Origin: a phage
NCBI GenBank assembly: GCA_012401045.1
Contig: GCA_012401045.1_4704.1
Length of the DNA stretch: 64,000 nucleotides
Strand: one strand, 5' to 3'
This document shows positions 37,326-47,910 of this stretch, piece by piece (position 1 is the stretch's first letter; each line of letters starts with the position of its first letter). The notes beneath the pieces were generated by a model, which saw only the letters and a list, made by a program, of their open reading frames with translations, was not told the origin of the DNA and made no database searches. Position numbers and translations under genes: made by a program.

Positions 37326-37478
37326 TTCGTCCATCACGACGAAAGGACGTTATGTGACGCGGTGTCCATAACGGCCCTGGTAGCAGGCATCAAAGATAAC
37401 AAAAAGGATGTAAGTTGAGCTAAACCACCTAAATACGGTAACGATTACTTCCGTACACAATATAACGCAACATCTTTT

Positions 37479-38288
37479 TTACCAATGATTAAAGCTGCCC
37501 GCTTTAACGACATCACAACGTAGGTGGTTACGTAACTGATCCAGGAAGACAACCGGACTGTCGCCAGACAACATAGCCAGCGCGTGTTGGCCACCGGAAC
37601 GAACAACAAGCTCATCGACCATTGGTGCTGTAATCGGGAGATCATACGCATCCATGATTGCTTTGGCTTCCTGTTCTACGTCTTTCTGGAACCCTTCCAT
37701 CGTCGGAGAGTCATATTTGGTTGCAAACTCGATCCCAGGCAAGTTAACGTAATCGTAAGTCATGACACGGGTCATAACACGACGGCGCTCACGTTGCCAG
37801 ATCTGAGGATCGGTTAACGCGCGAACCGAAAAACACACGTTCACCAACGGCGTTTCAAAATCTTTACGTAATGGATCACCGTACGGCCCGCAAGGAATAA
37901 CATCCCCCATCACCATCACGACAGGACGACCACGACGATCGCGTCCCGCTTCTTCTAACCAAATCTTAGAAAAGCAATGGCTTACCTTCGTTTCTTCGAT
38001 TCGTAACGCTCGCTGCAAAAAGCTGGTTGCATCCTGACCGATCTCTGGTTTAGGGTGACCGTATTCACCTTTCAACGAACGATTGCGTGCGTTTGTTTGC
38101 AGTAAGCTGTTTTCCAGAAACAGCGGTTTCGAACGCTCAAGTTCGTAATATTCTTCGGTATTGTTAAAACAGTTAAATCCGCCGATAACACAGGTGTAGG
38201 CACCGTCAGCATTAGGACGGATAATACCTTTCTTATTCACACCAAGATAACTGGTGCAAACAAGATTACTAATTGGTGGTTGCATCAT
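37479..38288 (-). CDS. hypothetical protein (269 aa)
   Basis: ORF track; ATG-ATG start. Confidence 0.55.
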   Translation of the reverse strand: MMQPPISNLVCTSYLGVNKKGIIRPNADGAYTCVIGGFNCFNNTEEYYELERSKPLFLENSLLQTNARNRSLKGEYGHPKPEIGQDATSFLQRALRIEETKVSHCFSKIWLEEAGRDRRGRPVVMVMGDVIPCGPYGDPLRKDFETPLVNVCFSVRALTDPQIWQRERRRVMTRVMTYDYVNLPGIEFATKYDSPTMEGFQKDVEQEAKAIMDAYDLPITAPMVDELVVRSGGQHALAMLSGDSPVVFLDQLRNHLRCDVVKAGSFNHW

Positions 38289-38366
38289 AACCCCTTTATA
38301 AGCAACTGAATGAAAAAAGCGTTACATTCCCGCTTTTACGTCAGAAGGTGACGCGTAAGCGTTATA

Positions 38367-39098
38367 TCACCATTCATACGATCCGGCGCACTGATGCCCC
38401 AACAGTACCAACGCGTCGTCTTTGGCAGCTAGGTATTTCTCTAACGTTATCCGTGAAACAGACACATTAGAGAAATCCATCACACCTAAGCGATGATCGT
38501 AATGGTTAATTTGCATCCGGTAATAACCTTTCTTTACCACCAGAAACTCGCCTTGACGCAACCATAGCGGAACGTTATCAACCTCCGCATGGATATAAAA
38601 CACCGGACATTCTGTCGTAACGGAGTTTTCCTTCCCATCGCTATCTGTAATCTTCCCTTTGGGAACAGCCGCGATAAAACATTCTCCGATACGCTCGGTT
38701 TGATACCCGTTTGGATAGCGCGGATCGTGAAATAACCAGTGCTCATCGCTAATATCAACATCGGATAATAACGTACGATGTGGACGTAAGGCGATATCAA
38801 ACGGAACACGATAAATAACGTACCCGCCTAACCAATGGGCTAAGTGACCGCCAGAAAAATACTGCTTGATTGCGGTACTGTAACCGTATATACAACCCAT
38901 CAAACTGCTGGACACACAGATCCTTGGAAACGACCCGTCTTCCATACGCAAGGTACGTTGAGGGATACGTGGCATCATCGTTTTCAGTTCGGTATCGGTG
39001 CTAATATGCAATAAACCGAAAGGAAGCGTTTTGCTCGGCACCCACGCACAACGTTCCATAATCGCTCTTGGGACAATAGTCTCGATAGACGATAACAT
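38367..39098 (-). CDS. hypothetical protein (243 aa)
   Basis: ORF track; ATG 1 nt after upstream stop. Confidence 0.55.
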   Translation of the reverse strand: MLSSIETIVPRAIMERCAWVPSKTLPFGLLHISTDTELKTMMPRIPQRTLRMEDGSFPRICVSSSLMGCIYGYSTAIKQYFSGGHLAHWLGGYVIYRVPFDIALRPHRTLLSDVDISDEHWLFHDPRYPNGYQTERIGECFIAAVPKGKITDSDGKENSVTTECPVFYIHAEVDNVPLWLRQGEFLVVKKGYYRMQINHYDHRLGVMDFSNVSVSRITLEKYLAAKDDALVLLGHQCAGSYEW

Positions 39099-39099
39099 A

Positions 39100-39810
39100 T
39101 CACCCCCTCAGAATCGCTTCTGTTTCGCTGATCGTATCCGCAGGATAAACCAAACTACTATCGATTGCGTTATTCACGTAACCACCCATTAAGTTGGTGA
39201 TGGTGTTTGTACCACTATCGATAATGTTTCGTAATCCGATATCGATGGCTTTTAACGTGCTGCGTTCCTCATCCGAAAGCAAACGCCATGCTCGACGACG
39301 ATCGTTGGGGTCACGTGTGGTGATAGAAGCCAGAACAGAATAGATGCTGCTATCCGCATTCAGTTTAACGCCTGCCAATTTCGCTGACGTGTAGAGCAGC
39401 TGATATTTTTCTTTCTCAGTGTACCACCATGGCACTTTACCGAGCGTATAGATCTCGTTATACATCAGCCATGGGAAAGAGTTTCGCATCACGACATCGG
39501 TTGACACCAACACCGTGTCACCGGGAAGAAACACAAACTCATAAAACGGCTGGCCATCCATGGTAATTTCACGGATGTCAGACGGGTCGATATGGAGCTG
39601 GGTCAATGCGTGGCTGACACCATACTGACCATCGGGAAGAATAATCGGGCAGCACGCACAAACCCGGTTCTCACTCCCGATGATAGATAAACCCAATCCC
39701 TCGTAACGGACGGGTGTCAGAATCGAACACCCGCCACGAGTAACAACAGATTTATCTTCTTGTATGTCCCAGTCCGCAAGCACCGCAGCACCGTTGCGGA
39801 CAAGCGCCAT
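39100..39810 (-). CDS. hypothetical protein (236 aa)
   Basis: ORF track; ATG immediately after upstream stop (coupled). Confidence 0.55.
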   Translation of the reverse strand: MALVRNGAAVLADWDIQEDKSVVTRGGCSILTPVRYEGLGLSIIGSENRVCACCPIILPDGQYGVSHALTQLHIDPSDIREITMDGQPFYEFVFLPGDTVLVSTDVVMRNSFPWLMYNEIYTLGKVPWWYTEKEKYQLLYTSAKLAGVKLNADSSIYSVLASITTRDPNDRRRAWRLLSDEERSTLKAIDIGLRNIIDSGTNTITNLMGGYVNNAIDSSLVYPADTISETEAILRG

Positions 39811-41334
39811 TTACACCTCGCTAATCTGGATAACGTAAAGCTGCTGGGCCACGTAATCGGTGGTCAGATGCATCGTTGCGATGGTCGCTGCTTCGAACAC
39901 CGTGAGTTCAGGACGTTCACGCATAATCAAATCGATCTCATCGATGAGACGGTTAACGCCTTGAGCGTCTTCGTGATGCATGGTTTTCACGTACAGCGTA
40001 CGGAAATACTGCTGGAAGTTAGCTACGTCGGTATCGGTAAGGGTAGCAACTTCACCACGTACGATTTCCATAACCTTCTTACGGGTATCTTCATCGAGGT
40101 CCACTGTAATCAGGTCAGCAAATACGCCCTGCAATGCCAACGCGTATGCACGTAAGCGGTTTGCGGCCTGCTGACTGGCTTTCATGTTGATGTAGTTACG
40201 GTAATGCTGCATGAAGCCTGCACCGTTAGCCAACAGCTCATCTTTACTGATGAGTTCACGTTCTAACAGGACAGCTGCGGTCAGTGCTTCCGGCGAACCA
40301 CCTTCTTGCAGATAACCCATGTAGACATCTGCGTTAACGAAAATCGTCATCGTTGACGCATCTTCAGCACGTTGAATCTGAGAAGCCGACGGTGCAGAAA
40401 GAATCAGCTCACCACGCTCCATACGCAGGATACGATCACGACCGACGCGGGCCATCCCGTTGATCGCCGCAGCGCGAGCTTGTTGCATTTTAGCGCGGTA
40501 GTTTTCAAGCATCATGTCGTTGCCGTCCTGGATATCTTCCAGCAGGTTAACGGCCCACATATAGCAGAGGAATGCAGGAGTTGCCGCAGCGCGGGAACCG
40601 TGGAATGCAACGTTATCGCTATCCGGATATGTAATCAGATAAGCGGTGTTGTTCGAAGAAGGAGCGGAACCACGGAAGAAATAGTTGTAGATGTCTTCCA
40701 GTGCCTGATCGCTCATCCCTTCCGTTGCTTGCTGTACAAAACGATCCAGGTTTTCATTACCGGTATACAGCAACGTACGCAGCTTATCGCCGGTGATAAA
40801 CGCAAGCTTTTCGGTTGGGGTGAAATCGTTATTAATCGAAATCAAGCCATTGAGATCGTAATCGCTAACTAAGGCCTGGTATTCTTCGGAGTTATAAAAC
40901 TCAGGGTAGTAACTCAGACTTACTGTCGGGATCAGTTTCGGTGCCAGGATGATCGAATCGATGCGTTTTTCCAGTTCCGGGTACAGTGCACGGCATTTCG
41001 GCAGGATGGTATTACGCGCCAACTCTTTGGCATACACCACTTTTTCCACCACGTCTTGAACTGCGGTCTGTAAAACTTCATCGTGGATATAAACCTCGCG
41101 TTCGCTGGCAGGTGCTACAGCGCCATCTTCGGTTTCATCAAGTGTTTCAGCAACAACCATACGTTCAGCACTAAGCTGCACCAACGCATCTGCGTCTTCC
41201 GGTGGCTGGTTCCAATGCATGGTTTCACAAACCGCGGCTAACGGCGTGCCCGGAATGGCTGCGACGATTTGATTACGTTTGATAAACCCTTCGACAATGG
41301 GCTCAACAGCATAGACGGTTTTATTGGTGATCAT
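39811..41334 (-). CDS. hypothetical protein (507 aa)
   Basis: ORF track; ATG start. Confidence 0.6.
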   Translation of the reverse strand: MITNKTVYAVEPIVEGFIKRNQIVAAIPGTPLAAVCETMHWNQPPEDADALVQLSAERMVVAETLDETEDGAVAPASEREVYIHDEVLQTAVQDVVEKVVYAKELARNTILPKCRALYPELEKRIDSIILAPKLIPTVSLSYYPEFYNSEEYQALVSDYDLNGLISINNDFTPTEKLAFITGDKLRTLLYTGNENLDRFVQQATEGMSDQALEDIYNYFFRGSAPSSNNTAYLITYPDSDNVAFHGSRAAATPAFLCYMWAVNLLEDIQDGNDMMLENYRAKMQQARAAAINGMARVGRDRILRMERGELILSAPSASQIQRAEDASTMTIFVNADVYMGYLQEGGSPEALTAAVLLERELISKDELLANGAGFMQHYRNYINMKASQQAANRLRAYALALQGVFADLITVDLDEDTRKKVMEIVRGEVATLTDTDVANFQQYFRTLYVKTMHHEDAQGVNRLIDEIDLIMRERPELTVFEAATIATMHLTTDYVAQQLYVIQISEV

Positions 41335-41567
41335 TACTGCGCTCCCTCCAACGCATTACTACCTACGGGTTCTTTGGTTTCCAGACGGCTGTTTAAGCGC
41401 GCAGCAACCGCATCTTCCAATCCCAACGGCATAACCTTTTTGTTCACGTCAGGATCGGCGGCATCATTACCAACGGTTTGACGTACGACCTCAGCAACCA
41501 ACGTTACCGCGTTCGTCAGCGCAACAAAGCTCGCTGCCCGAGCCGTGTTAAGTTGTTCTTGGTTCAT
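41334..41567 (-). CDS. hypothetical protein (77 aa)
   Basis: ORF track; ATG with AAGGA SD. Confidence 0.45.
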   Translation of the reverse strand: MNQEQLNTARAASFVALTNAVTLVAEVVRQTVGNDAADPDVNKKVMPLGLEDAVAARLNSRLETKEPVGSNALEGAQ

Positions 41568-41598
41568 TCACTTTTCCTTTTAATGTCAGAGCATCGCA

Positions 41599-41618
41599 TT
41601 CTTGACGTACGTCAAGAA
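41599..41618. repeat. 20-bp perfect palindrome TTCTTGACGTACGTCAAGAA
   Basis: Read directly; in intergenic region between beta-like gene and CDS 41334..41567. Confidence 0.6.
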
Positions 41619-41643
41619 GGTACTGCGTTCAGCGAAATAAACG

Positions 41644-41667
41644 AGCAGGGGCATGAAGCCCCCTGCT
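41644..41667 (-). terminator. terminator hairpin after beta-like gene
   Basis: AGCAGGGGC-ATGAA-GCCCCCTGCT; U-rich tail on minus strand. Confidence 0.5.
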
Positions 41668-41668
41668 C

Positions 41669-44600
41669 TTATTTAGCGTCGTTAAAGTAAATATCAACAG
41701 CTCGTTCCGTTGCGTAGAGGAGACCAAGATTCACAGTCCCAACCACTTCCGGTGAACCGATGATACGGTTAGCGATACTGGTGCCACTGAAGATAGCATC
41801 AAGGGTGTGCCCGTCTTCGGTTTTGTTCACACCATGACCCACGGAAGAGACAACGGATTTCGCTTGAGCTGCGAAGGTACCTTTATCGCCCATCCCCGCA
41901 CCAAGGTCGTAACGCATGAAAATACGGATTGCGATCTGGTTCTCGCCTAACGGATTACCGTCTATTCTCACGTTACTGTTATTGATACGCCCCGTAGCTG
42001 CTTCGTTGAGTTTCAGTTCCTTAACGCGTTTAGCTCGCGCTTTATCTGCATCACCGACGAGCGCCGCCATGGTTTCACTCATATCCTCAATCTGAGCGCG
42101 GTACAACACATCGATCTGTACAACTTCACCATGAACGTCAGCACGTGGGTTATACTGACTCATACGACGTAATGCTTCAACGGCTTCCTGACTCTCATCA
42201 CTCAGATCGGTCGCAATCGGTTCTTCCAGTGTTGCAAGGATCGTTCGTGGTTCAACATGATCGCCGATTTTCACGAGACCACGAATGTTGAGATGGGCGT
42301 CAACGATGAGCGTACGGCTCTTAATCGATGGTGTTACGAGACGATCGGCAAGATTGTCGAAGATATACGAACTGTCCTCGTGAGTCTCTGGAATATCCAG
42401 AATACCGACAAGAGACAGAACACCTGCGCGCCAAACAACCTGACCTGGGTTCCACCAATCGCGTTTAAAATAAAGACGATGGAAGACCACCACATCCTGA
42501 TCCTTAACGCGATCCCCGACTTTATAATCGGTAATAAGATCGTGAGGATAATACTTACCTGGTCCTTTCCCGATTATCGTGCCGAGTTGGAAAACCTCTT
42601 CTCCTAACTCTGGATCGTCGTATTGTATCGTAAGCGCAGTTTTGGTGACCTTCTTAACAACACCATCGCCTTGGGCAGCTGCTGCGAAGAGCTTACCAAC
42701 ACGATGCGCGATAACGGTCTCACCGCCGGTGCGCCACGGTTGTACATCGTAACCCTCAGCGGCAATCATGCGGTTGTGTTGGATCCCGACGAAGACCAGA
42801 CGTTTTCCATCATCACGGTCTACGGCTGGAACAGCTAACGCCGACGTACTCATTACCGATGAGATACCGTCTGTCTTTTCATCGAATGGTCGTGTTTCAC
42901 CATACACCGACACGATATTAGCATTAGGTGCAAGGTAAGCTGAGATACCCACATCCCCACTATCTTTCGTACCCTCTGACACAATACCAACATCGGACTT
43001 GTCGTATTCACGATCACGTGCGCGTCGAAGCGATGTCTTTGAACGACCCCCGATACCGGTCATCGTTGCTTCTTCACCCTGCTTGATATCCAGCATCGGG
43101 TTGGTTTCATCGATCACGATGGACGCGCTGTCGTCGAGAATTTGGTTCCAGACGCTTACCGGACTGATTGAGATTTTCTGGCGATTTCCTTGACTGCTGT
43201 TCTCATTCTGACGAATAGCGCCAACCAGATCCTTATACACCAATTCAGCGAACTTATCGTACGTTTTAAAACGTTGGTAGTTCACATCGTTGGTGTTAGG
43301 TGCCCAGTCATCCAGAAGCAGTTCAACAGCACGCAGTAACAACATGGCGAAATCGGTAGGTTCTCCCATGTTCTGTAGCAACGTACGGCTTACCGGATCA
43401 ACGAAAAGACGCTCCATGAGTTCAAGTTCGCGTAAATGGCGAACCTTAAGTCCAGCACCATCAACAACGTTAAAATAGATATCTCGATTGTCGAAAGCAC
43501 CGCGAGCGTAACCGATGTAGTTACGGTATTCGTTAAACCCACCCAGCAACAACGTCGTCATGCGATCGTCTTTACTGAAGATCAAACTTTCGTCATCAAA
43601 GCTCACCGCGAATTCATCGGGTGCTAATCCCATACGAGAACCGCGAGGTACCGTACGATAGTTCGCTTTAAGATGTTCTAATAACGGGGTAAGTCCACCC
43701 AGATAACTTAGAACGACACCAACCGGAATACGTACACCCATGAATTCAAGATCGGCGGCTTCGATCGGCATCTTAGCCGCATTGATACCGAAGAAATCAG
43801 GGAACGTCCCTACAGGTGTTGGTGTTTGTCCTGACTGACAGATATAGAGCTGATTGCGTTTATCGATTGCTAAGAATTCACCCAGCGTGTTACGCGCAAA
43901 CGTCAGGAGCCCTTCGGCTAACTGTTCGTTGAACCGATCTTCCCCGATGAACTCCGGCAATGTCTTTGTATCGAGACGTATATCCCAATCAGCAAATTGG
44001 ATTTGGGTATAGTTGCGTGCAAGCACAGCGAAGTAATACGGGACTTTGACGGCCGGATCAAAGACGTTACCACGTTTTAACGTGGTTAAGGGTGAGGACT
44101 TATCGTAATACATCGCTGTAAGTTGGCGTGTTAACCAACGACCGGCGTTATTAACGACACGCTCTGAACGTTTAACAAACACCTTACCGTAGGCGGTACT
44201 CAACGCAACTTCGGATGATGATACCTTTCTAATAGGTTTATCAACACGTTGTTTACGCATCCGGTATTTGATGCCGTTAACGACATAAATGCCGTCCTTA
44301 CGAACCTTCGGCAACATCACCGGGAACGTGGTTGGGACACCGCCTACAGGGGCCAGTTTAATCGTGATAACTTGATAATCCCCCATCACGTCAACAACAT
44401 CTTCAACTTTATATCCCGTGACAGGGTAACCTGCCTGTTGTACGGCAACAACAGCGGCTGCGATGTCCTTTTGCATCACGTGTTCAACGTAATGTTTATC
44501 CCACACCGCAAGCGTCGATTTACATAGGCTCTTATCGACGATAACATCCGCTTCCGGCATAACCTTTGCTGGCGCTAATTTCGCGGCTTTTGGTTTAACT

Positions 44601-46015
44601 TCAACATACTCAGCAAGTGTTAATCCAGAACCGTCGGGTGCTTCGATTTCATGGATGGCGTCGGCATTACGCATCGCTGCTTTATATTGGACACCGCTTA
44701 ACTGACCCGCATCCGCCAGATCGCTCGCGCGCACCAACACCGCATCCGATAACGACTGAATATATTCACCGTGTGTTTTTGGTAACGTTGCCGCGTCAAA
44801 GACATCAACCTTTTCTTCTTCGGTATCGTCGGTAACGACCTCGAAGAGATCGTCGGTAATGTCCTGATCTTCATCGGGTTGGAAATCCGGCTGTACTTCT
44901 ACCCCGGGTACTTCACGGACATCTTCGAACGAGCGTTCTACAATGGCGTTCCACGCATCAGCGTCATCGTCTTCATCCGACCCACCAACCAACTCCGCTT
45001 CTAACTCATCGGGATCAAGAACAGTGGCCAGATCCTCACCGTTAGGAAGCACGACGTCGCGATCATCGTACTCTGCATCCGGGCTGTCCGCAAGAATATC
45101 TCGCTCTTGACGAAGAACCTGTTCCTCTTCTTGTTTCTGTTCTTCTTCATTCGCGCTCTGCGACCATAGACGTGTTACCGCCATCATCCAACGACGCTGG
45201 AAGGTTTCGAGTGTCGTTTTATCGAGTTCTTCCCCTTCCTTTACAAGCCCGGTACGCCATTCTTCCAACAGGCCGAGATTCAGCGTAAAGAAGTACACGC
45301 CGTCTGTAAATACAACGTTAAGCTTATCCAGCGTGGCTCTGTCTAACGAAGCCATCGTGCTGTTCTCACGATCGGTTCCCAGCCAGCGGAAGAAGTCAAA
45401 GAACGACAGCTCCTCCGGCGTAGCGAAATTCATGAGGTTGTTACGGGTCGGTGCCTGTTGCGTGGTACGCATCAACGAAATCTTCGGCAATGTTGACGGT
45501 ATACGGAACAACAGAAAGTGTTGGCGATCGCTTTGCTGCGCGATTTCGTTGGCTTTCGACCAAATTGTTTTACGTACGTTGAACCATTCATCATACCAAC
45601 GGGTGAGCGTTGGACGATAGATGTACATGTGGTTAAGATGTGCGTAGTTAGCAACGATCTGAGCGTTGATGTTTTTCTCCACCGTACTTAGATCGGTAAC
45701 CAAACGAAAACGACGATGTGACGCACGATAATCCAATTTCGCTCGTGGGAGCTGGAATCGCTGATCACGTCGAGGTGCACCCTGTTTGGTTGCGAGATCA
45801 TCAGCAAACGAAATCCATAGTTGAGCACTTTCTTTACTCAACATGTATTCGTTTTCTGGAGGACCTATCAATGAAGGATCCGTTGCGGTGTAATGATAGA
45901 CAGCATAACGTGGCAGCTGCAATAGCTGCACTAAACGTAATCTCGGTGACAATAGCTCTTGGTAGCGTCTGACGCCAAACTGTCGGTAGTAATCAAGGTA
46001 TTTAAGTTTTGCCAT
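41669..46015 (-). CDS. RNA polymerase beta-like subunit with long N-terminal extension (1448 aa), probably virion RNAP
   Basis: RpoB-like motifs: GIGGRSKTSLRRARD...DVGIVSEG...GDVGIS (fork/Rif region), LAVPAVDRDDGKRLV, VKIGDHVEP, GMGDKG near C-terminus; coupled 3 nt after beta' paralog. Confidence 0.6.
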   Translation of the reverse strand: MAKLKYLDYYRQFGVRRYQELLSPRLRLVQLLQLPRYAVYHYTATDPSLIGPPENEYMLSKESAQLWISFADDLATKQGAPRRDQRFQLPRAKLDYRASHRRFRLVTDLSTVEKNINAQIVANYAHLNHMYIYRPTLTRWYDEWFNVRKTIWSKANEIAQQSDRQHFLLFRIPSTLPKISLMRTTQQAPTRNNLMNFATPEELSFFDFFRWLGTDRENSTMASLDRATLDKLNVVFTDGVYFFTLNLGLLEEWRTGLVKEGEELDKTTLETFQRRWMMAVTRLWSQSANEEEQKQEEEQVLRQERDILADSPDAEYDDRDVVLPNGEDLATVLDPDELEAELVGGSDEDDDADAWNAIVERSFEDVREVPGVEVQPDFQPDEDQDITDDLFEVVTDDTEEEKVDVFDAATLPKTHGEYIQSLSDAVLVRASDLADAGQLSGVQYKAAMRNADAIHEIEAPDGSGLTLAEYVEVKPKAAKLAPAKVMPEADVIVDKSLCKSTLAVWDKHYVEHVMQKDIAAAVVAVQQAGYPVTGYKVEDVVDVMGDYQVITIKLAPVGGVPTTFPVMLPKVRKDGIYVVNGIKYRMRKQRVDKPIRKVSSSEVALSTAYGKVFVKRSERVVNNAGRWLTRQLTAMYYDKSSPLTTLKRGNVFDPAVKVPYYFAVLARNYTQIQFADWDIRLDTKTLPEFIGEDRFNEQLAEGLLTFARNTLGEFLAIDKRNQLYICQSGQTPTPVGTFPDFFGINAAKMPIEAADLEFMGVRIPVGVVLSYLGGLTPLLEHLKANYRTVPRGSRMGLAPDEFAVSFDDESLIFSKDDRMTTLLLGGFNEYRNYIGYARGAFDNRDIYFNVVDGAGLKVRHLRELELMERLFVDPVSRTLLQNMGEPTDFAMLLLRAVELLLDDWAPNTNDVNYQRFKTYDKFAELVYKDLVGAIRQNENSSQGNRQKISISPVSVWNQILDDSASIVIDETNPMLDIKQGEEATMTGIGGRSKTSLRRARDREYDKSDVGIVSEGTKDSGDVGISAYLAPNANIVSVYGETRPFDEKTDGISSVMSTSALAVPAVDRDDGKRLVFVGIQHNRMIAAEGYDVQPWRTGGETVIAHRVGKLFAAAAQGDGVVKKVTKTALTIQYDDPELGEEVFQLGTIIGKGPGKYYPHDLITDYKVGDRVKDQDVVVFHRLYFKRDWWNPGQVVWRAGVLSLVGILDIPETHEDSSYIFDNLADRLVTPSIKSRTLIVDAHLNIRGLVKIGDHVEPRTILATLEEPIATDLSDESQEAVEALRRMSQYNPRADVHGEVVQIDVLYRAQIEDMSETMAALVGDADKARAKRVKELKLNEAATGRINNSNVRIDGNPLGENQIAIRIFMRYDLGAGMGDKGTFAAQAKSVVSSVGHGVNKTEDGHTLDAIFSGTSIANRIIGSPEVVGTVNLGLLYATERAVDIYFNDAK

Positions 46016-46018
46016 GGG

Positions 46019-47707
46019 TTAGGCTCCACGAGGTCCCGTTAAGTTGCGTAATAGGAACGCAACCGTATCGTAACCAATATCGATGTTGAATTTATTTTTA
46101 CCACTTACCCAGAAAGCTCGCTTCTTGTGCGAGTTGGTAATTTCGTCAATAGCTTCCATGGAATAAAGAACGTTAACCGAGACCGTATCACCATCAAAGT
46201 CCCCACCAAGTCCGGCGAGGTATGGCGCAGGGACAATAGTCGTTTCTACGAACGAAGCATTAGGTAACCAGTCGGGGTATTCCCATGCGATAAATCGTTC
46301 ATCCGTTATTGGTTCCCAGTTACTATCCAGTTCGGTTTTCGGTTTTGCGGCGACGGTTGTACGTGCGTAACAGGTTAACGGGATAACGGATTGCATACCT
46401 GATACCGGATAACGTGTTACCATCGCAGCCAGGTTATTCCAGTACTTATATCCGGCAATATAGATAAGCTCGGTGTAAGTAATGGGGTGAACATCCGCGC
46501 CAGGTTTATTCAACATCTCCGGGGGTAATTCACTCATGCCACGGAATAACCGAAACGAATCGTTGTTCACATAGACGAGGCAAAGATATCGTCCATTGAC
46601 CATGATAGGCTCGTTACGCACGCCAGGATCGCTTAAGGTGTTCAGTAAACGTTCTATTCCGTCCCATGTTGTAAAGTCATCGATGGTGTCTGGATCAAGC
46701 GTGACGCGCTCACGTTCCATCGTTTCGGTATCAGTAAGTTCAACTTCTGTAACATCACGGACAAATATTTCCTGCAAAATACCGGTACGTAACGCATGTT
46801 GCGTTACTGGGAGAGCGGCTTTACTCATCTGGTATAACCCTAACTGAACCGCGGTACAGGAAGGCTGGTTAGGCGACCCTAATACCTCCGTTGTGGGGTT
46901 AATTGCCGAAATAACGTTACGGGTTGAGTTCCAAACGCGACGTGAACCAAACTTACCTTGGAAGATCCCTTTCTTACCCTGGAACATATCCAACAGTAAA
47001 GCGTAGATATCGTTGAATGTTCTCTGTAAGCTCCAGCGCTGGCCGTCGTAAACGGGATCGGAATAATCTTTTAATCCATCAGGGACGGTGTTAGAAATTG
47101 CAAGGAAACGACGATACAACTCCGTGATTTCTTGCTCGCTTTCATACCCACCTTCTTTTACTTCTATTTCACGTAAGCCTGCAGGCAATACCAGTAAGTG
47201 ACGGGTCATCGCTTTGAACATGTTCTCTTCGACAACTTTAATTCGTAGCTCTCGTTGAGCTGAACCCGTTGAAACGAACTTGATATCCGCGACGTGTTGT
47301 GCAAAGAACCCGTATCCTGTTTGTCCTGTTAATGCATCAGACGCAACGAAGTCGCGTTGTTCGGGATCCCACCGAGCGTACGCCTTCCCCGACATGATAT
47401 CGCCATAGAGGTGTTTTAATCGAATGAGACGGTCGTAAATGACAGGATGCAGGATTTCAACCTTGCATTCAATCACCGCAAATCGACGGTCTCGATCTTC
47501 ACTACCCGCACTACCAAAGATGGTGTAAGAATAGAAACCATCATCGTGGAAATTACCGGTGCTTGGGTCACGAATGCTCATGCTCGTGATCTTGGGGAGA
47601 AAACGTAACTGCTGTTTATCGAGGTGTAAAATACTAATATTAAACGGCTCTCTGACTTTAGCCATGGAGACACTCCTCTTTACCACCACCGGCTGCGGCG
47701 GTATCAT
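46019..47707 (-). CDS. RNA polymerase beta'-like subunit, N-terminal fragment (562 aa as tracked; alternative start ATG 47665 with AGAGGAG SD)
   Basis: LGGDFDGDTVSV catalytic-type motif about 55 aa from C-terminus; RFAVIECKVEILHPV near N-terminus; no zinc ribbon. Confidence 0.55.
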   Translation of the reverse strand: MIPPQPVVVKRSVSMAKVREPFNISILHLDKQQLRFLPKITSMSIRDPSTGNFHDDGFYSYTIFGSAGSEDRDRRFAVIECKVEILHPVIYDRLIRLKHLYGDIMSGKAYARWDPEQRDFVASDALTGQTGYGFFAQHVADIKFVSTGSAQRELRIKVVEENMFKAMTRHLLVLPAGLREIEVKEGGYESEQEITELYRRFLAISNTVPDGLKDYSDPVYDGQRWSLQRTFNDIYALLLDMFQGKKGIFQGKFGSRRVWNSTRNVISAINPTTEVLGSPNQPSCTAVQLGLYQMSKAALPVTQHALRTGILQEIFVRDVTEVELTDTETMERERVTLDPDTIDDFTTWDGIERLLNTLSDPGVRNEPIMVNGRYLCLVYVNNDSFRLFRGMSELPPEMLNKPGADVHPITYTELIYIAGYKYWNNLAAMVTRYPVSGMQSVIPLTCYARTTVAAKPKTELDSNWEPITDERFIAWEYPDWLPNASFVETTIVPAPYLAGLGGDFDGDTVSVNVLYSMEAIDEITNSHKKRAFWVSGKNKFNIDIGYDTVAFLLRNLTGPRGA

Positions 47708-47910
47708 CTGAACACACGAGAGACGTAATGGGTGATGGCGTCACCCATCGCTTCCTTGCTTGAGGCGAGGAAGTTATTAGGTTACGTACCTGCCTGATTT
47801 TATCAGGTGGGCGATGTGTGAAGTTACGCTTCAACATTATCAATGCCGAAGGTAAACTTCGTGCATCACGTTCCAACGTAACATGGGAACGTATCGAACT
47901 GGAGGTATAC

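Noticed and set aside
37280-37340. Possible tRNA or small RNA around GGTTCGTCC in the 282-bp intergenic region
   Set aside because: The 11-bp stem is too long for a tRNA arm and no acceptor stem is present; better explained as a terminator hairpin
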